IMG/VR virus record: IMGVR_UViG_3300025600_000008
Span: 1 to 48,484 of that record
Strand: one strand, 5' to 3'
DNA length: 48,484 nucleotides
Source of the DNA: a virus
Taxonomy: Duplodnaviria > Caudoviricetes
Shown piece by piece: positions 19,950 to 29,387 of the stretch. A program made the position numbers and the translations under genes. The notes under the pieces were generated by a model. The model was given only the letters and a program-made list of their open reading frames with translations. It had not been told where the DNA came from and searched no databases. Each line of letters starts with the position of its first letter. Within the stretch, counting starts at the first letter, position 1.

Positions 19950-20483
19950 TTATTTTGATTTTTTTGCTTTTATTTGTTTTACTTTATGTTCTTCGTTTGC
20001 TGTTGCAATTTCCTTGCTTCTTTCGAATGATGTAGGAACCTCATCTTGCGCGGTGATCGTTTCACCTTCTTGGTTTTCAAATACCGGAGCTTTGGCCTGA
20101 TCTTTTGAAGATTCCAGTGCCTTCAATCTTTCTTCGAGTGCCTTGAAACTTGCTTTTGATTCTTTCAATTCGTTCGCTTGTCTTTCAGCTAACAATTTAA
20201 AATCAATCTTTTCATCAGAAATAGGTTTCAATTGTAATACCTCATTTAGCTGGTCGACCCATTTTTGCTTGTCAACTTCAACCCATTGGCCGTTCTTTTT
20301 CTCCATCACTTTATCAATGATCGGCTGCTCGTCTTTTTTATATCCCTTCAGTGGAATATACTTAATGAATTTGTTGAAATTATCGCCATCTTCGAGTTTT
20401 ACCGTGGTTCTTTCCACCTTCGCGGTCATATCGCTGTCTGTAGCATACACCCTCGCTGTTTTAAGCCAAATTACTCTGTTCAT
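19950..20483 (-). CDS. Hypothetical head-module protein
   Basis: 177-aa ORF overlapping the portal 3' end. Confidence 0.7.
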   Translation of the reverse strand: MNRVIWLKTARVYATDSDMTAKVERTTVKLEDGDNFNKFIKYIPLKGYKKDEQPIIDKVMEKKNGQWVEVDKQKWVDQLNEVLQLKPISDEKIDFKLLAERQANELKESKASFKALEERLKALESSKDQAKAPVFENQEGETITAQDEVPTSFERSKEIATANEEHKVKQIKAKKSK

Positions 20484-22215
20484 TTGTTTTGATTATTAAT
20501 TGTTGTTTTGAAATTAAATCTATTATTAAATTATTTATAAGCACCAGCTTTTCAGCTTTTGTTGTTTCCATGTCTTTATAAAACTGGACTACATTGCCGT
20601 AATAAGCTTCGAACTGGTCAATCCAATAATTAAACCTAAGCTGATATTCTTTATTGATCTGACTGACTATTCCCTGAGCTATTGCAAGCGTAAAATCAGC
20701 ATCAGAAACAAATGGCATGAGATCATAAAGAAGTTTCTGCCTTGCCATTTGATCGGAGTTATTTTTATACCGGTTCTGACTAATCCTGACAATTATATTT
20801 TTACGTTCCAAAGTATTCGGAGCCTTTGCCAGTGCATCTAAAAGCTGAACCTGTGAATCAATAAAAAAGTCAGTCCCATAGTGAATAAATATTTCGTTAA
20901 TCTGATCAATTCCATATTTAAGCGCCAACATGTCACGATCTGATAATTTTCTGATCCTATTTAATCCTTCAGCAAATGACATCAATGTATTTTCAAGTAC
21001 CGATACAGACTTGGCTATTTGGTCCGCATTCTTGGCTGATTCTTTACTGCTTGCTACTGAGAAATCGCCAACTATTGTTGATATAATCGACATTTCAAGT
21101 TCGGCTATTCTATTATTTAAATAGCTGAGCGATTCAATCGGGATATAATGAAAGTTAAGGTAATTCTTAACTGCATCCATATTGATCGATCCATCATCTG
21201 ATCTAATCGCGGCAATCGGTATCTCATGAATAGTACCAGGCTGTAAATCGCCTGTTCCTAAACTATTGTTTTGATTTGAGATTGAATTCCTTTGCGATCC
21301 CATCAATCCATTAAGCTCGGGCTCTCCTTGTGGCCCAGAATTGCCATCGGACGGCCTCGACGTCTGAATCTTTGACACAACCGGGATAGCTCCGTTAGGC
21401 TCGGTCATTTTCTGAAGGGTTTTGATGAAGTTATACTCTTCAATCTCTTCCCTTATATACGTAAAAATCGACTCCCTTACAATGCAATCGCCATTAAACT
21501 TTTTAGGTGAAATAAAATGAACCGGACAATAGCCTAAGTCGTGCGCTTGCTCTCGAACCAGTTCCATTGAGTCATCGTAAAAAGCGTACGTATTGCAGTC
21601 AATGTAAATAATACCCATATCATGCTCAACCTTATTCTCGTCGCCCGGTTCTTCAATCTCGGTAACGCACCCTTTAAATGCTATCCTCTGAATTTTACCG
21701 CCCATCTCTTCTATTGACTTCACGTCTGCAATGTCAATAAAATATCGATATGGCGTATTTGGGATCATTGGGTCAAGATCGGAAACTATCAGGCTATTGT
21801 GTTTGTAAAGCAGTCGTTCAAATATTTCGGAGTTAAAGCGCTTCACTTCTAAATCTTCGGCAAAATCAGAATAATCTTTGCCTTTAATATCATACTTAAA
21901 GTCCGAATCCTCGGCATTAAATACCCTCATTAATTGAGGCTCAATGCGATTATGAATGATCTTTGTTGATGGTAGCGGAAATCTTAGGTATTTGAAAAAC
22001 GTAAGAAAGTTTTCAGTTTTAAAGATTGATTTAACCCAATTTAAAAAATAGTCGTCTGTCTGGTATTTCCTGTTCGCCCACTGTTGAAGATATTCAGTGT
22101 CGAAGCGATCCTCTTGAATTTTGGAGTTGAGTAAATAATTCAGTTGTTTTTCCTGAATCACAGCCTTACTTATTGAGCTTGAATTAATGCACGCTTTAAT
22201 AAATTCTGTACTCAC
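20461..22215 (-). CDS. Portal protein (putative)
   Basis: 584 aa, GTG start; H.LGYCP motif; first gene of head operon with TATATTTG promoter at 22255-22262. Confidence 0.75.
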   Translation of the reverse strand: MSTEFIKACINSSSISKAVIQEKQLNYLLNSKIQEDRFDTEYLQQWANRKYQTDDYFLNWVKSIFKTENFLTFFKYLRFPLPSTKIIHNRIEPQLMRVFNAEDSDFKYDIKGKDYSDFAEDLEVKRFNSEIFERLLYKHNSLIVSDLDPMIPNTPYRYFIDIADVKSIEEMGGKIQRIAFKGCVTEIEEPGDENKVEHDMGIIYIDCNTYAFYDDSMELVREQAHDLGYCPVHFISPKKFNGDCIVRESIFTYIREEIEEYNFIKTLQKMTEPNGAIPVVSKIQTSRPSDGNSGPQGEPELNGLMGSQRNSISNQNNSLGTGDLQPGTIHEIPIAAIRSDDGSINMDAVKNYLNFHYIPIESLSYLNNRIAELEMSIISTIVGDFSVASSKESAKNADQIAKSVSVLENTLMSFAEGLNRIRKLSDRDMLALKYGIDQINEIFIHYGTDFFIDSQVQLLDALAKAPNTLERKNIIVRISQNRYKNNSDQMARQKLLYDLMPFVSDADFTLAIAQGIVSQINKEYQLRFNYWIDQFEAYYGNVVQFYKDMETTKAEKLVLINNLIIDLISKQQLIIKTNEQSNLA

Positions 22216-22325
22216 TCCTTATGGGTTTGTCGTGTTATGCAATCTTTTGCGTCACAAATATAATAATTTTTCACATAAAAAAATAAAAATGAATTTTTAA
22301 TAATAGTTTTTTTAAAATAATCACA

Positions 22326-22353
22326 CAAAAAACCCAGATCGCAATCCGGGTCG
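22326..22353 (-). terminator. Intrinsic terminator
   Basis: ACCCGGAT-tgcg-ATCTGGGT followed by T run on the minus strand. Confidence 0.75.
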
Positions 22354-22451
22354 TTTATTATTCACTTTCGAATGTAGTCTAATTTGTCATAGGAGAATTA
22401 TTTAAATTTTAAGTTTATAAGTGTTATTCACCAATATTAAGCGTTTTTCCG

Positions 22452-22769
22452 CTATGTTCGTTCTATTGGGCGCCAGTGGGTGAATTTTAAATGCTGATCT
22501 AAAAAATGATTCATTCGTTCTTCTGTGTGCAGCATTCCATTCCAATAATCAACTTCTTTTCTGAAATTAATGAACATGACTATTATTTGCCGATCTAATG
22601 GCGGCAACTCTTCTGCAACCGGAATCCAACGCTGCGCAAATTCAATACCCTTTAAAAATGCTGATTCTTCCCTGATTGAAACAGTAACGTAATCAATCGT
22701 TTTTGATACGCCAAGCAATAACAAACTGTTTGCTCGTATTTCCTTTGCTTTATCTTTAATTGTTTTCAT
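22452..22769 (-). CDS. DUF551-like phage protein
   Basis: AQRWIPV.EELP...THWRPIE motif; start probably MKTIKDK at 22769. Confidence 0.7.
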   Translation of the reverse strand: MKTIKDKAKEIRANSLLLLGVSKTIDYVTVSIREESAFLKGIEFAQRWIPVAEELPPLDRQIIVMFINFRKEVDYWNGMLHTEERMNHFLDQHLKFTHWRPIERT

Positions 22770-22809
22770 ATTAAATTTGTTTTGTCCCCACCGTATAGGC
22801 AGAGCTAAA

Positions 22810-23055
22810 TTAAATGTTTCGATTTGGACATTTATACATACGGCTAATAAATCCATAATAAGTCAATACCCCAATTAGCCAATATATGTTTAAATCCGAG
22901 CTATACTGAGTTGCACCCACGTTATTTGCAACTGCATAATGGTCGTTTTCAATAACCACGTTACATAAATCATTTACATATGATGATTTTTCAGTTCTTT
23001 CAAATCCGTTCAATTGCAAAAAATCAATAATGTACTTTAATTCCGATATTTTCAT
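22810..23055 (-). CDS. Hypothetical protein
   Basis: 81-aa ORF in small-gene array. Confidence 0.65.
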   Translation of the reverse strand: MKISELKYIIDFLQLNGFERTEKSSYVNDLCNVVIENDHYAVANNVGATQYSSDLNIYWLIGVLTYYGFISRMYKCPNRNI

Positions 23056-23093
23056 CTTATTTTAGTTTTATTGCCGTATAGGCAGGGTGAGGG

Positions 23094-23291
23094 TTAAAGT
23101 TTGCGATTACAAATAATACATTCGCCATCTTTAATAGTCGCAGAAAGTGAAGTTTTGCAATGAGGACAAGCGATTGTGTTTTGCATATGATATTCTTTCA
23201 TCATTGCTATTACTGTGCTATAAGGGTACATTCTTTGGTAATCCTTACCTTCCTTTTCTTGATTTTCTTTTAAAAAATTCTCTGCTGTCAT
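23094..23291 (-). CDS. Small Zn-finger protein
   Basis: CPHC...CIIC. Confidence 0.65.
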   Translation of the reverse strand: MTAENFLKENQEKEGKDYQRMYPYSTVIAMMKEYHMQNTIACPHCKTSLSATIKDGECIICNRKL

Positions 23292-23334
23292 AATTTCCGT
23301 TGTTTTTATCTCCCCGTATAGGAGAGAGGTTAAA

Positions 23335-23523
23335 TTAAATGTTGATTAATTGAATTTGATCTATTGATCCAGAACTGCTACCGGAATAAACTTTTACTCT
23401 GTCGATTTCAAGGTCTGATTTCCAATTCCGATAAAAAACAACCTTGTATTTTCCTATTTCCTTACCAGACTCTTTGAGTTCGGTAAGTTGCTGAATAAGT
23501 TCGTCCAATGTCATTTCATTCAT
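23335..23523 (-). CDS. Hypothetical protein
   Basis: MT..ELI..L phage small-protein N-terminus; start moved to 23523. Confidence 0.6.
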   Translation of the reverse strand: MNEMTLDELIQQLTELKESGKEIGKYKVVFYRNWKSDLEIDRVKVYSGSSSGSIDQIQLINI

Positions 23524-23536
23524 TTTTAAGTTTAAA

Positions 23537-23800
23537 TTAAAGTTGTTCAATTACTGTTCGTCTATTTACTTCACATTCGATTTGCCTGTTAAGTTTTGAT
23601 ATTATGGCATTGCATTCAGAAATCACACACTCTTTAGCATCATGTTTTGATTCATGCCAACTACAATCACTGCCACGCTTATTTTCTTTAATGGCAACCC
23701 CTTTGTAATTAATGAATGTTAGTTGCTTTTCCGTTTCTTTAATAACCTCACATTCCTGTATTTCTCCGAATAATACTCTAAATTTTATCATCTCATTCAT
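23537..23800 (-). CDS. Hypothetical protein
   Basis: 87-aa ORF with V.KETEK motif. Confidence 0.65.
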   Translation of the reverse strand: MNEMIKFRVLFGEIQECEVIKETEKQLTFINYKGVAIKENKRGSDCSWHESKHDAKECVISECNAIISKLNRQIECEVNRRTVIEQL

Positions 23801-23820
23801 TTTTAAGTGTAAATCCCAAT

Positions 23821-23952
23821 TTAATTACATTTACCAGGTTTCTTGTCTGAAAAATATATCACTAATGCAGCAATCGCAAAAAAAGCAACAACACAAACGA
23901 TCAATAAAGCAGGTGATAAAAATTCTCCGTTGGTCCAAAATAGATTTGTCAT
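23821..23952 (-). CDS. Small single-TM protein (43 aa)
   Basis: Hydrophobic helix; start moved downstream of the promoter at 23977. Confidence 0.6.
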   Translation of the reverse strand: MTNLFWTNGEFLSPALLIVCVVAFFAIAALVIYFSDKKPGKCN

Positions 23953-23976
23953 AACTTTTAGTTTTAAATTATGCCT

Positions 23977-24029
23977 CAAATGTAATATCAAAAAACGATC
24001 ATTCGACAAAACATGCTACACAACATGTT
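23977..24029 (-). promoter_or_regulatory. TACATTTG promoter with AACATGCT/AACATGTT boxes
   Basis: -7 element 23977-23984; boxes at 24010 and 24022. Confidence 0.7.
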
Positions 24030-24411
24030 TTCCAACAGTTTTGTTCTTTAGCGTCTTATGAATACAATCAGCGATCCATCCAGCTAAATAAGCATTGGCC
24101 TCTGATCCTATGATTTTTTCGCTAATATGCTCCCATATATATTCGGCTCCATGAATACTTTCATGCGTTATTAATTTTGCAGTGAAATAACGTTTTGCAG
24201 TTGAAGCAATCAATACTCCATAATATGTCGGGTCTTGTTTTTTTTGCGCGTAATAGGTTACGGCCTCATTGTTAAATATAAACGATGTATCTATATCGTC
24301 TCCAGTTTTTACGTCCTTGAAATTATCCTTAATTTCATTTGTATTAATTCCAATTGCTACCCATATTTTCATAGGATAAATTAACGGATCAAACATTTGT
24401 ATTTTACCCAT
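24016..24411 (-). CDS. HExxH-motif protein (putative metallopeptidase fold)
   Basis: ITHESIH...EANAYL. Confidence 0.7.
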   Translation of the reverse strand: MGKIQMFDPLIYPMKIWVAIGINTNEIKDNFKDVKTGDDIDTSFIFNNEAVTYYAQKKQDPTYYGVLIASTAKRYFTAKLITHESIHGAEYIWEHISEKIIGSEANAYLAGWIADCIHKTLKNKTVGKHVV

Positions 24412-24529
24412 AATTACATAATAAATAAATGAATATTTTTATCTATCCGGTGAAGCATTCGCATTTTTAATCTAATTATCAGTCGTTTATATTTTCGCTA
24501 TTCTTACATGTAATGATCATAATTGTTAA

Positions 24530-25720
24530 TTAATTTGTCGTTACGGCAAAATCAGCGAACCGATCATGCTCCATAATCACGTACCTTAGTGCTGCCAATC
24601 CATCCGGCTCATGTCCATCGGGCTCCGGAATGATCTTTCCGTTAATATCCACGCGCCAAAACCAAGTCTCAAAACCTTTTTTCATATTGACTGATCGTTC
24701 AGTGATGAACAGATCGTATCCCCGGGTTTTATTTATGCCAGTTATTACCGATCCTGGATTCTTTTTAACTCCCTTAATTTCATACCCGTACTTTCTAAGA
24801 TCGTTTATTTCAACACGTCCGGCGCTGTCTGCTATAATTAACTGACCTTTCAAGTGGTTGACAAACTGCAACTGATCAACTATCGCCATGCGTTCGGCAC
24901 CTGTAATCTTTTCCGGCATTAAGTTATTCATGCAAAAAACCTCGTCAATATAAATACAATTGTCTTTCTTCCAAAGGTCTATCTTAATTGTAGGGTCCGG
25001 GCTAACACCAAAGTCCATGCCAGATGGTATTCTCTTTGCTGTTGCTGGGATCTCTTTGCAAAAATTGAACTTATAGATTCGACGTTCTGAGTAATACCCG
25101 GTCTGACCAAGTCCATAAACCCTAAACCATTCAATGTTATCCCGCCTGGATTCAATAATATTAACCTCTGATTCCGGGCAGCACTCATTATCTAAATATG
25201 TTACTACTATTTGTTGGCTTATTGAATTACCATCACTGTCTTTTAATTTAGGTATCTCAGTATGTGCCCAGAATTCGAAATCTGGATTGTAATCTATGTA
25301 AACCTCCTCATGTGTTCGGCCTATATATGTTAATGCAACATCCCATCCAATTTTATTAGCCTCATTAATATACAGAATGTTGCGCCTTTTAGATTTTCCG
25401 GCCTGTTTTTTATTGTCGTTTACATACCTAAATTGAACTACTGATTGGCCTATTTTTAAATCGTGATCAGTTTTATTAAATGATCGTTCCCACTCTAACC
25501 CGGCCCCGTCAAATTGGTTTTTAAAATCCTGAATAGAGCCGTCTTTTAAGTTGTCGTAAGTGTCTGAAACAACTGTTATAATTCTTTTCTTTTCAAATGC
25601 TTTCTCAATAAGTATTTGAGCTATTGATACGTTTTTACCGGCGCCCATGCCCCCTTGTATTATTTTTATCTTAGCCCTCATGGCCTTAATTTTATAATAT
25701 GTTGAGATTCTTTTTATCAT
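24530..25720 (-). CDS. terL: Terminase large subunit (PBSX/Terminase_3 type)
   Basis: Walker A QGGMGAGK, Walker B YINEAN, DYNP, GMDFG..DPT nuclease motif, ADSA, H.PD...ALRY. Confidence 0.92.
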   Translation of the reverse strand: MIKRISTYYKIKAMRAKIKIIQGGMGAGKNVSIAQILIEKAFEKKRIITVVSDTYDNLKDGSIQDFKNQFDGAGLEWERSFNKTDHDLKIGQSVVQFRYVNDNKKQAGKSKRRNILYINEANKIGWDVALTYIGRTHEEVYIDYNPDFEFWAHTEIPKLKDSDGNSISQQIVVTYLDNECCPESEVNIIESRRDNIEWFRVYGLGQTGYYSERRIYKFNFCKEIPATAKRIPSGMDFGVSPDPTIKIDLWKKDNCIYIDEVFCMNNLMPEKITGAERMAIVDQLQFVNHLKGQLIIADSAGRVEINDLRKYGYEIKGVKKNPGSVITGINKTRGYDLFITERSVNMKKGFETWFWRVDINGKIIPEPDGHEPDGLAALRYVIMEHDRFADFAVTTN

Positions 25721-26301
25721 TCATTCGGGAATTGCTTCGATACATTCACATATTCAATAGCCTGTTTGAGTTGTATTTTTTCGGCCTCGTTATATCCAAG
25801 CATTTTATTAATCATATCAATAGCTGTTGTTTTTGGGTAAAGCTTAATCTTAACAAACTTAATTTCGGCCGTCGTTTCGTTATCCCCGTCTGTTTTGTAG
25901 GTCCGGTATTCGGTTTTAGTATCAATGCTTTCAATGGCTGACAATAAAGCCGGATTAGCCTCTTTAATTTCATTCCAATTGGTTAATTCAATCCAATCAT
26001 CGTGCAGTCCGGCAATGTTCGAATAAGCAATCTTTGCAAGCTCTTGAAGATTCCTTAATTTTGATATTCCGGCCTCTTCTTCAAGGTTATTTTTGATTAA
26101 GTCGATATATTGCTTAACCTTAACGTTTCTTAATAAGTTACAACCTAAAACCGCGGACGAATTATCATCTTCTAATCCATACGCTTTTTTATAGGAACGT
26201 GTTGCATTCCAATCAATTATGTAGTTGTGCGCAAATATTTTTTGCTTCTCGTTTAGCTCTTCTTTTAACTCTTCAAGCGTATATTGCTTTTTATCATCCA
26301 T
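25717..26301 (-). CDS. terS: Terminase small subunit
   Basis: LNEKQK.FA..Y..DWNAT..Y.KAY...LL.N.KV..YI; EL.KIA; KIKL..K..A...L.K.LG. Confidence 0.9.
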   Translation of the reverse strand: MDDKKQYTLEELKEELNEKQKIFAHNYIIDWNATRSYKKAYGLEDDNSSAVLGCNLLRNVKVKQYIDLIKNNLEEEAGISKLRNLQELAKIAYSNIAGLHDDWIELTNWNEIKEANPALLSAIESIDTKTEYRTYKTDGDNETTAEIKFVKIKLYPKTTAIDMINKMLGYNEAEKIQLKQAIEYVNVSKQFPNE

Positions 26302-26314
26302 AACTTAAATTTTG

Positions 26315-26387
26315 AGCCGGAAACAGGGATCGAACCCGTGACATTCTGAATACAAATCAGACACTCTACCAACTGAGCTATTCCGGC
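26315..26387 (-). tRNA. tRNA-Thr(UGU)
   Basis: GCCGGAA/TTCCGGC acceptor stem, GCTC-AGTTGGTA-GAGT D arm, TCTGA-TTTGTAT-TCAGA anticodon arm, GGTTCGATCC T arm; CCA not encoded. Confidence 0.93.
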
Positions 26388-26500
26388 TGTTTGGGTCTCT
26401 CCCCAATTGTCACCCTCCACTGATTCGCGCGTTTTATTTACCGAATAACACGTAAACAGTATTTAAAAAATTGGAGCCGTGGACAGGTCAGCGCTCCTCG

Positions 26501-26561
26501 TGATCATGTCAGGTAACGATTCTGAAAGTAAAACCCTGGCTTCAATTCCGCCACATGATCA
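26501..26561 (-). ncRNA. Shrunken tRNA-like cloverleaf or tRNA pseudogene
   Basis: 8-bp TGATCATG/CATGATCA stem, TGGC-GGAATTGAA-GCCA D-like arm, tiny GGGT-TTT-ACTT arm, TCAG-AATCGTTAC-CTGA T-like arm. Confidence 0.5.
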
Positions 26562-26613
26562 ATTCTTTTTATCAAACTTACTCTTATTTTTTCAAATATC
26601 AAAATTAATTATT

Positions 26614-26799
26614 TTAAAGTTGTGCTTTAATCTGCTTCCAATATTCAAAATCATCATTTAGCTCCGATCTTTCAAGGTTATTTTTTATTGTCAAATGCCC
26701 TGTTGTGACCTTTAACGCCTCGATAATTTCCAAAACTACGTATTTAGCGTTATCTCCAAATTGAGCTTTTAATTCGTTCACTTTTACTTTTTCTGTCAT
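26614..26799 (-). CDS. Hypothetical protein
   Basis: MT.K.K..EL...F...YW..IK..L pattern; start moved to 26799. Confidence 0.6.
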   Translation of the reverse strand: MTEKVKVNELKAQFGDNAKYVVLEIIEALKVTTGHLTIKNNLERSELNDDFEYWKQIKAQL

Positions 26800-26800
26800 A

Positions 26801-27001
26801 TTAGTCTTTATTAAATTGGTTTTCGTTCCTATTACTTTTCCTAATCCGGTCAATAAATGACCCTACTTTCTTACAATCAATTACATCTTTGTCCGGTCGC
26901 TCTCTGTGTCCACATTTCGGGCAAATCATCCAATGAGTACACATTGCAAGTTTCTTTGAGTCTTTAATTAATGGCTCTATGCAATCAGGGCAAATTTGCA
27001 T
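26801..27001 (-). CDS. Small Zn-ribbon protein
   Basis: CPDC...CPKC. Confidence 0.65.
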   Translation of the reverse strand: MQICPDCIEPLIKDSKKLAMCTHWMICPKCGHRERPDKDVIDCKKVGSFIDRIRKSNRNENQFNKD

Positions 27002-27004
27002 GAT

Positions 27005-27235
27005 TTAAAATTTACAACTGTTATCTTTAATATCGCTCAATCTAACGCTTAAATTATGCACCTGATTTTTAAGCGTTGCAATATCTTGTTTATTTTTCTT
27101 TGATTGTTTTAACGTCTCAATAGCCAAATCAATAGCCAATCCCAACTGCTTAGGGTCTGGCATTTCCATGTCTTCGTCGGCTCTTCGCCACTTGTTGTAA
27201 AGTTCGAGGATATAAATTGCTGTTTCTGTTGTCAT
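27005..27235 (-). CDS. Hypothetical protein
   Basis: YNKWRR..MP.PK.LG.AID.AI phage motif. Confidence 0.7.
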   Translation of the reverse strand: MTTETAIYILELYNKWRRADEDMEMPDPKQLGLAIDLAIETLKQSKKNKQDIATLKNQVHNLSVRLSDIKDNSCKF

Positions 27236-27442
27236 AACGATTTAACATTTTTAAATTCACTGTATGTTAAGGTTTTAATATATTCAAAAACTTTCTTTCC
27301 TGATATGCAAACCCTACTTTGATCTGCATATCCCATCTCGCTGGCAATTATTCCAATTAAAGTCGTTTCTACTGCCTTCGCCCTCATGTTTGCAACTTCA
27401 TCGTTCTCAAATGCGACTACGATTTTTTTTTCCTTTATACAT
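27232..27442 (-). pseudogene. 69-aa ORF frameshifted at an A9 tract
   Basis: A8 would give MYKGKKIVVAFEND...KSL with ATGA coupling to the next gene; A9 (27423-27431) stops it early. Confidence 0.55.
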
Positions 27443-27559
27443 ATTCCAGTTATTTTGCAAAGTTAATAAATAAATATGCTGCTATTACCGTAATCGTAGC
27501 GGTGTAAATTATCGCATCGTAATACCAGGAAATTGCTGTTAATACTTTTATGGTTCGTT

Positions 27560-27784
27560 TCATATCTTAGTTAGACTGTCTTTTATTTCATGAATATCGA
27601 CGATAGTATAATAGGCACCTATTTCAACACATTCAGAAACTACATTCCTAAGCGCTTCATTATACGCATCTTTTTGAGATAGCCCAATAGCCTCAGTAAG
27701 GTATGGGACAATACTTTCTTTCCCAATTAATTGAAAAGGCATTTCCTCTATCATTTTATCCAAAATACTTTTTGCTGAATTCAT
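27560..27784 (-). CDS. Hypothetical protein
   Basis: 74-aa ORF, co-oriented. Confidence 0.6.
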   Translation of the reverse strand: MNSAKSILDKMIEEMPFQLIGKESIVPYLTEAIGLSQKDAYNEALRNVVSECVEIGAYYTIVDIHEIKDSLTKI

Positions 27785-27828
27785 CGTTTGTAATTATTAT
27801 GCAATTTACTAAATATTAATCAATTATC

Positions 27829-28041
27829 CTAATTCAAGTTAATTTTATCCCCGATTAAATACAAATCACACTCTTTCCAATACTCGCCACTTTCGCCAAT
27901 CTCACAAAATAGCCGGTTGAAACTGTCGTATTGCATCATTATCATGTTTTTATGATGCTTTTCAACTTTGACCGGATAAATACCGGATTCACGTTTTAAG
28001 TGAAGGGTATCGCCTGTTGATGGGTCTTTAATGTAGGGCAT
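27829..28041 (-). CDS. Hypothetical protein
   Basis: 70-aa ORF, co-oriented. Confidence 0.6.
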   Translation of the reverse strand: MPYIKDPSTGDTLHLKRESGIYPVKVEKHHKNMIMMQYDSFNRLFCEIGESGEYWKECDLYLIGDKINLN

Positions 28042-28064
28042 TTTTTAATATTTGTATTTAATGG

Positions 28065-28349
28065 TTAAATTATTTCGATTGGCCGCCAATGGGAAAAATA
28101 CAATCTAATATATTCAATATCTTTATAGCCATCAGCAAAATAGGTAAAAGCCTCATAATAGATATCATTTTTTGCAATAATTTCCATTCCGTCTTCTGGA
28201 GATTCTTCGACCGAAATCCAACGCTGTGCAAATTCAACGCCGTTTTTAAATCCGCCCATGTAAGTACTCGACAACAAACCATTCTTATCAAGTGATTTAT
28301 TTATTGATTTTATGGCAGACTCATTTACTGCTTCATTAATTGTTTCCAT
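28065..28349 (-). CDS. DUF551-like phage protein (paralog of 22452..22769)
   Basis: G.EFAQRWISVEE.P...SHWRPIE. Confidence 0.7.
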   Translation of the reverse strand: METINEAVNESAIKSINKSLDKNGLLSSTYMGGFKNGVEFAQRWISVEESPEDGMEIIAKNDIYYEAFTYFADGYKDIEYIRLYFSHWRPIEII

Positions 28350-28358
28350 TTTGTGGTT

Positions 28359-28694
28359 TTATTTACGTTTTAAAATTCCAGTTCCAGAACATTTGTAGCA
28401 TATTCCACCATCAACTGATGAACCCATATTCCCAGAACCTGAACATTTAGGACAATTATCATATCCAAATTGAAACAGATCAATTTTACCAGCTTTTTTA
28501 AGTGAAATTATTGCAGAATCAAAATTTTGTCCTACTGCTGTTCTGCCATTAAACTGAATCATTACAGTCATTCCTTTACTATTGATTGGTCTGCCTGATG
28601 GATATTGACACCATTGATTACCCTCTGGTGCGATAGATATGATTGCGTTGTTTTCGCTCAAATAAGTTTCGGTATCTTGTTGCAATTGTGTCAT
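28359..28694 (-). CDS. Protein with C-terminal DnaJ-type Zn finger
   Basis: CPKCSGSG...CYKCSGTG; start moved downstream of the promoter at 28741. Confidence 0.65.
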   Translation of the reverse strand: MTQLQQDTETYLSENNAIISIAPEGNQWCQYPSGRPINSKGMTVMIQFNGRTAVGQNFDSAIISLKKAGKIDLFQFGYDNCPKCSGSGNMGSSVDGGICYKCSGTGILKRK

Positions 28695-28740
28695 TGTCTC
28701 ATCGTTTTTTACCGATTCAGCTTCCTTGCTGTTTCTGGTA

Positions 28741-28793
28741 CAAATATAAATCAATAAACATGTTAAATAACAAAAGCTGTTGAAGAACATGTT
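28741..28793 (-). promoter_or_regulatory. TATATTTG promoter with AACATGTT boxes
   Basis: -7 element 28741-28748; AACATGTT at 28757 and 28786. Confidence 0.7.
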
Positions 28794-28985
28794 TTACATG
28801 GGTCTATATGCTGCACATTTTTCACAATATGTTTTTCCTTTAATTGCAGGACTACCGCAAAAATCACAAACAGCATCTTTTTTAACAACCTCTTTTAAGT
28901 ATCGTGAATATGCCCGTTCCACCTTTGTCCGATCCATTCCTGAATACCATTCTGCAAAGTCAATTATTTCTTTAGTTCCGCTCAT
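28794..28985 (-). CDS. Small Zn-finger protein
   Basis: CDFCG...YCEKC. Confidence 0.65.
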   Translation of the reverse strand: MSGTKEIIDFAEWYSGMDRTKVERAYSRYLKEVVKKDAVCDFCGSPAIKGKTYCEKCAAYRPM

Positions 28986-29170
28986 CGTTCAACCTCCTCG
29001 TCTTCATATTTCGTTGCGTCAATTTCACACGGATCGTAATAAGTATCATTCAAATCAAATCTGCCGTTCTGAATCATTCGGCAAAGTTTCCAGGCGCAAA
29101 ATACGCAAAGTAGAACAAATGCGATAAAATAAAGGTAGTTTAATGGGTTCATATTGGTTGTTTTTAAGGG

Positions 29171-29383
29171 TTAAATATCGTTTAGTCCAAGTCTCTTTTT
29201 AAATCTATCCAACGAACTTTGAGCATCATTAACCATCATTTCTAAATGTGTATTGTGTTTATTGATTATTTCGGAAAGTTCTTCTTTTGTTTTAGCATTC
29301 TTAACGTCCGGAACGTCGAGTAAATCGCCACCAAAAAAATCCTTGTATTTGGTCATTTCCTTTTTTATTTCCCTTATATTCAT
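29171..29383 (-). CDS. Hypothetical protein
   Basis: Start moved to MNIREIKK to remove overlap. Confidence 0.6.
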   Translation of the reverse strand: MNIREIKKEMTKYKDFFGGDLLDVPDVKNAKTKEELSEIINKHNTHLEMMVNDAQSSLDRFKKRLGLNDI

Positions 29384-29387
29384 AACT

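Noticed and set aside
22791-23322. CRISPR-like array from the CCGTATAGG repeats
   Set aside because: Repeat core is only 9 bp and the intervals are 240-280-bp protein-coding genes
26470-26500. HDV-like (theta) ribozyme after the tRNA-like element
   Set aside because: I could not build the nested double pseudoknot; P1.1 GG and J4/2 CRA elements are missing
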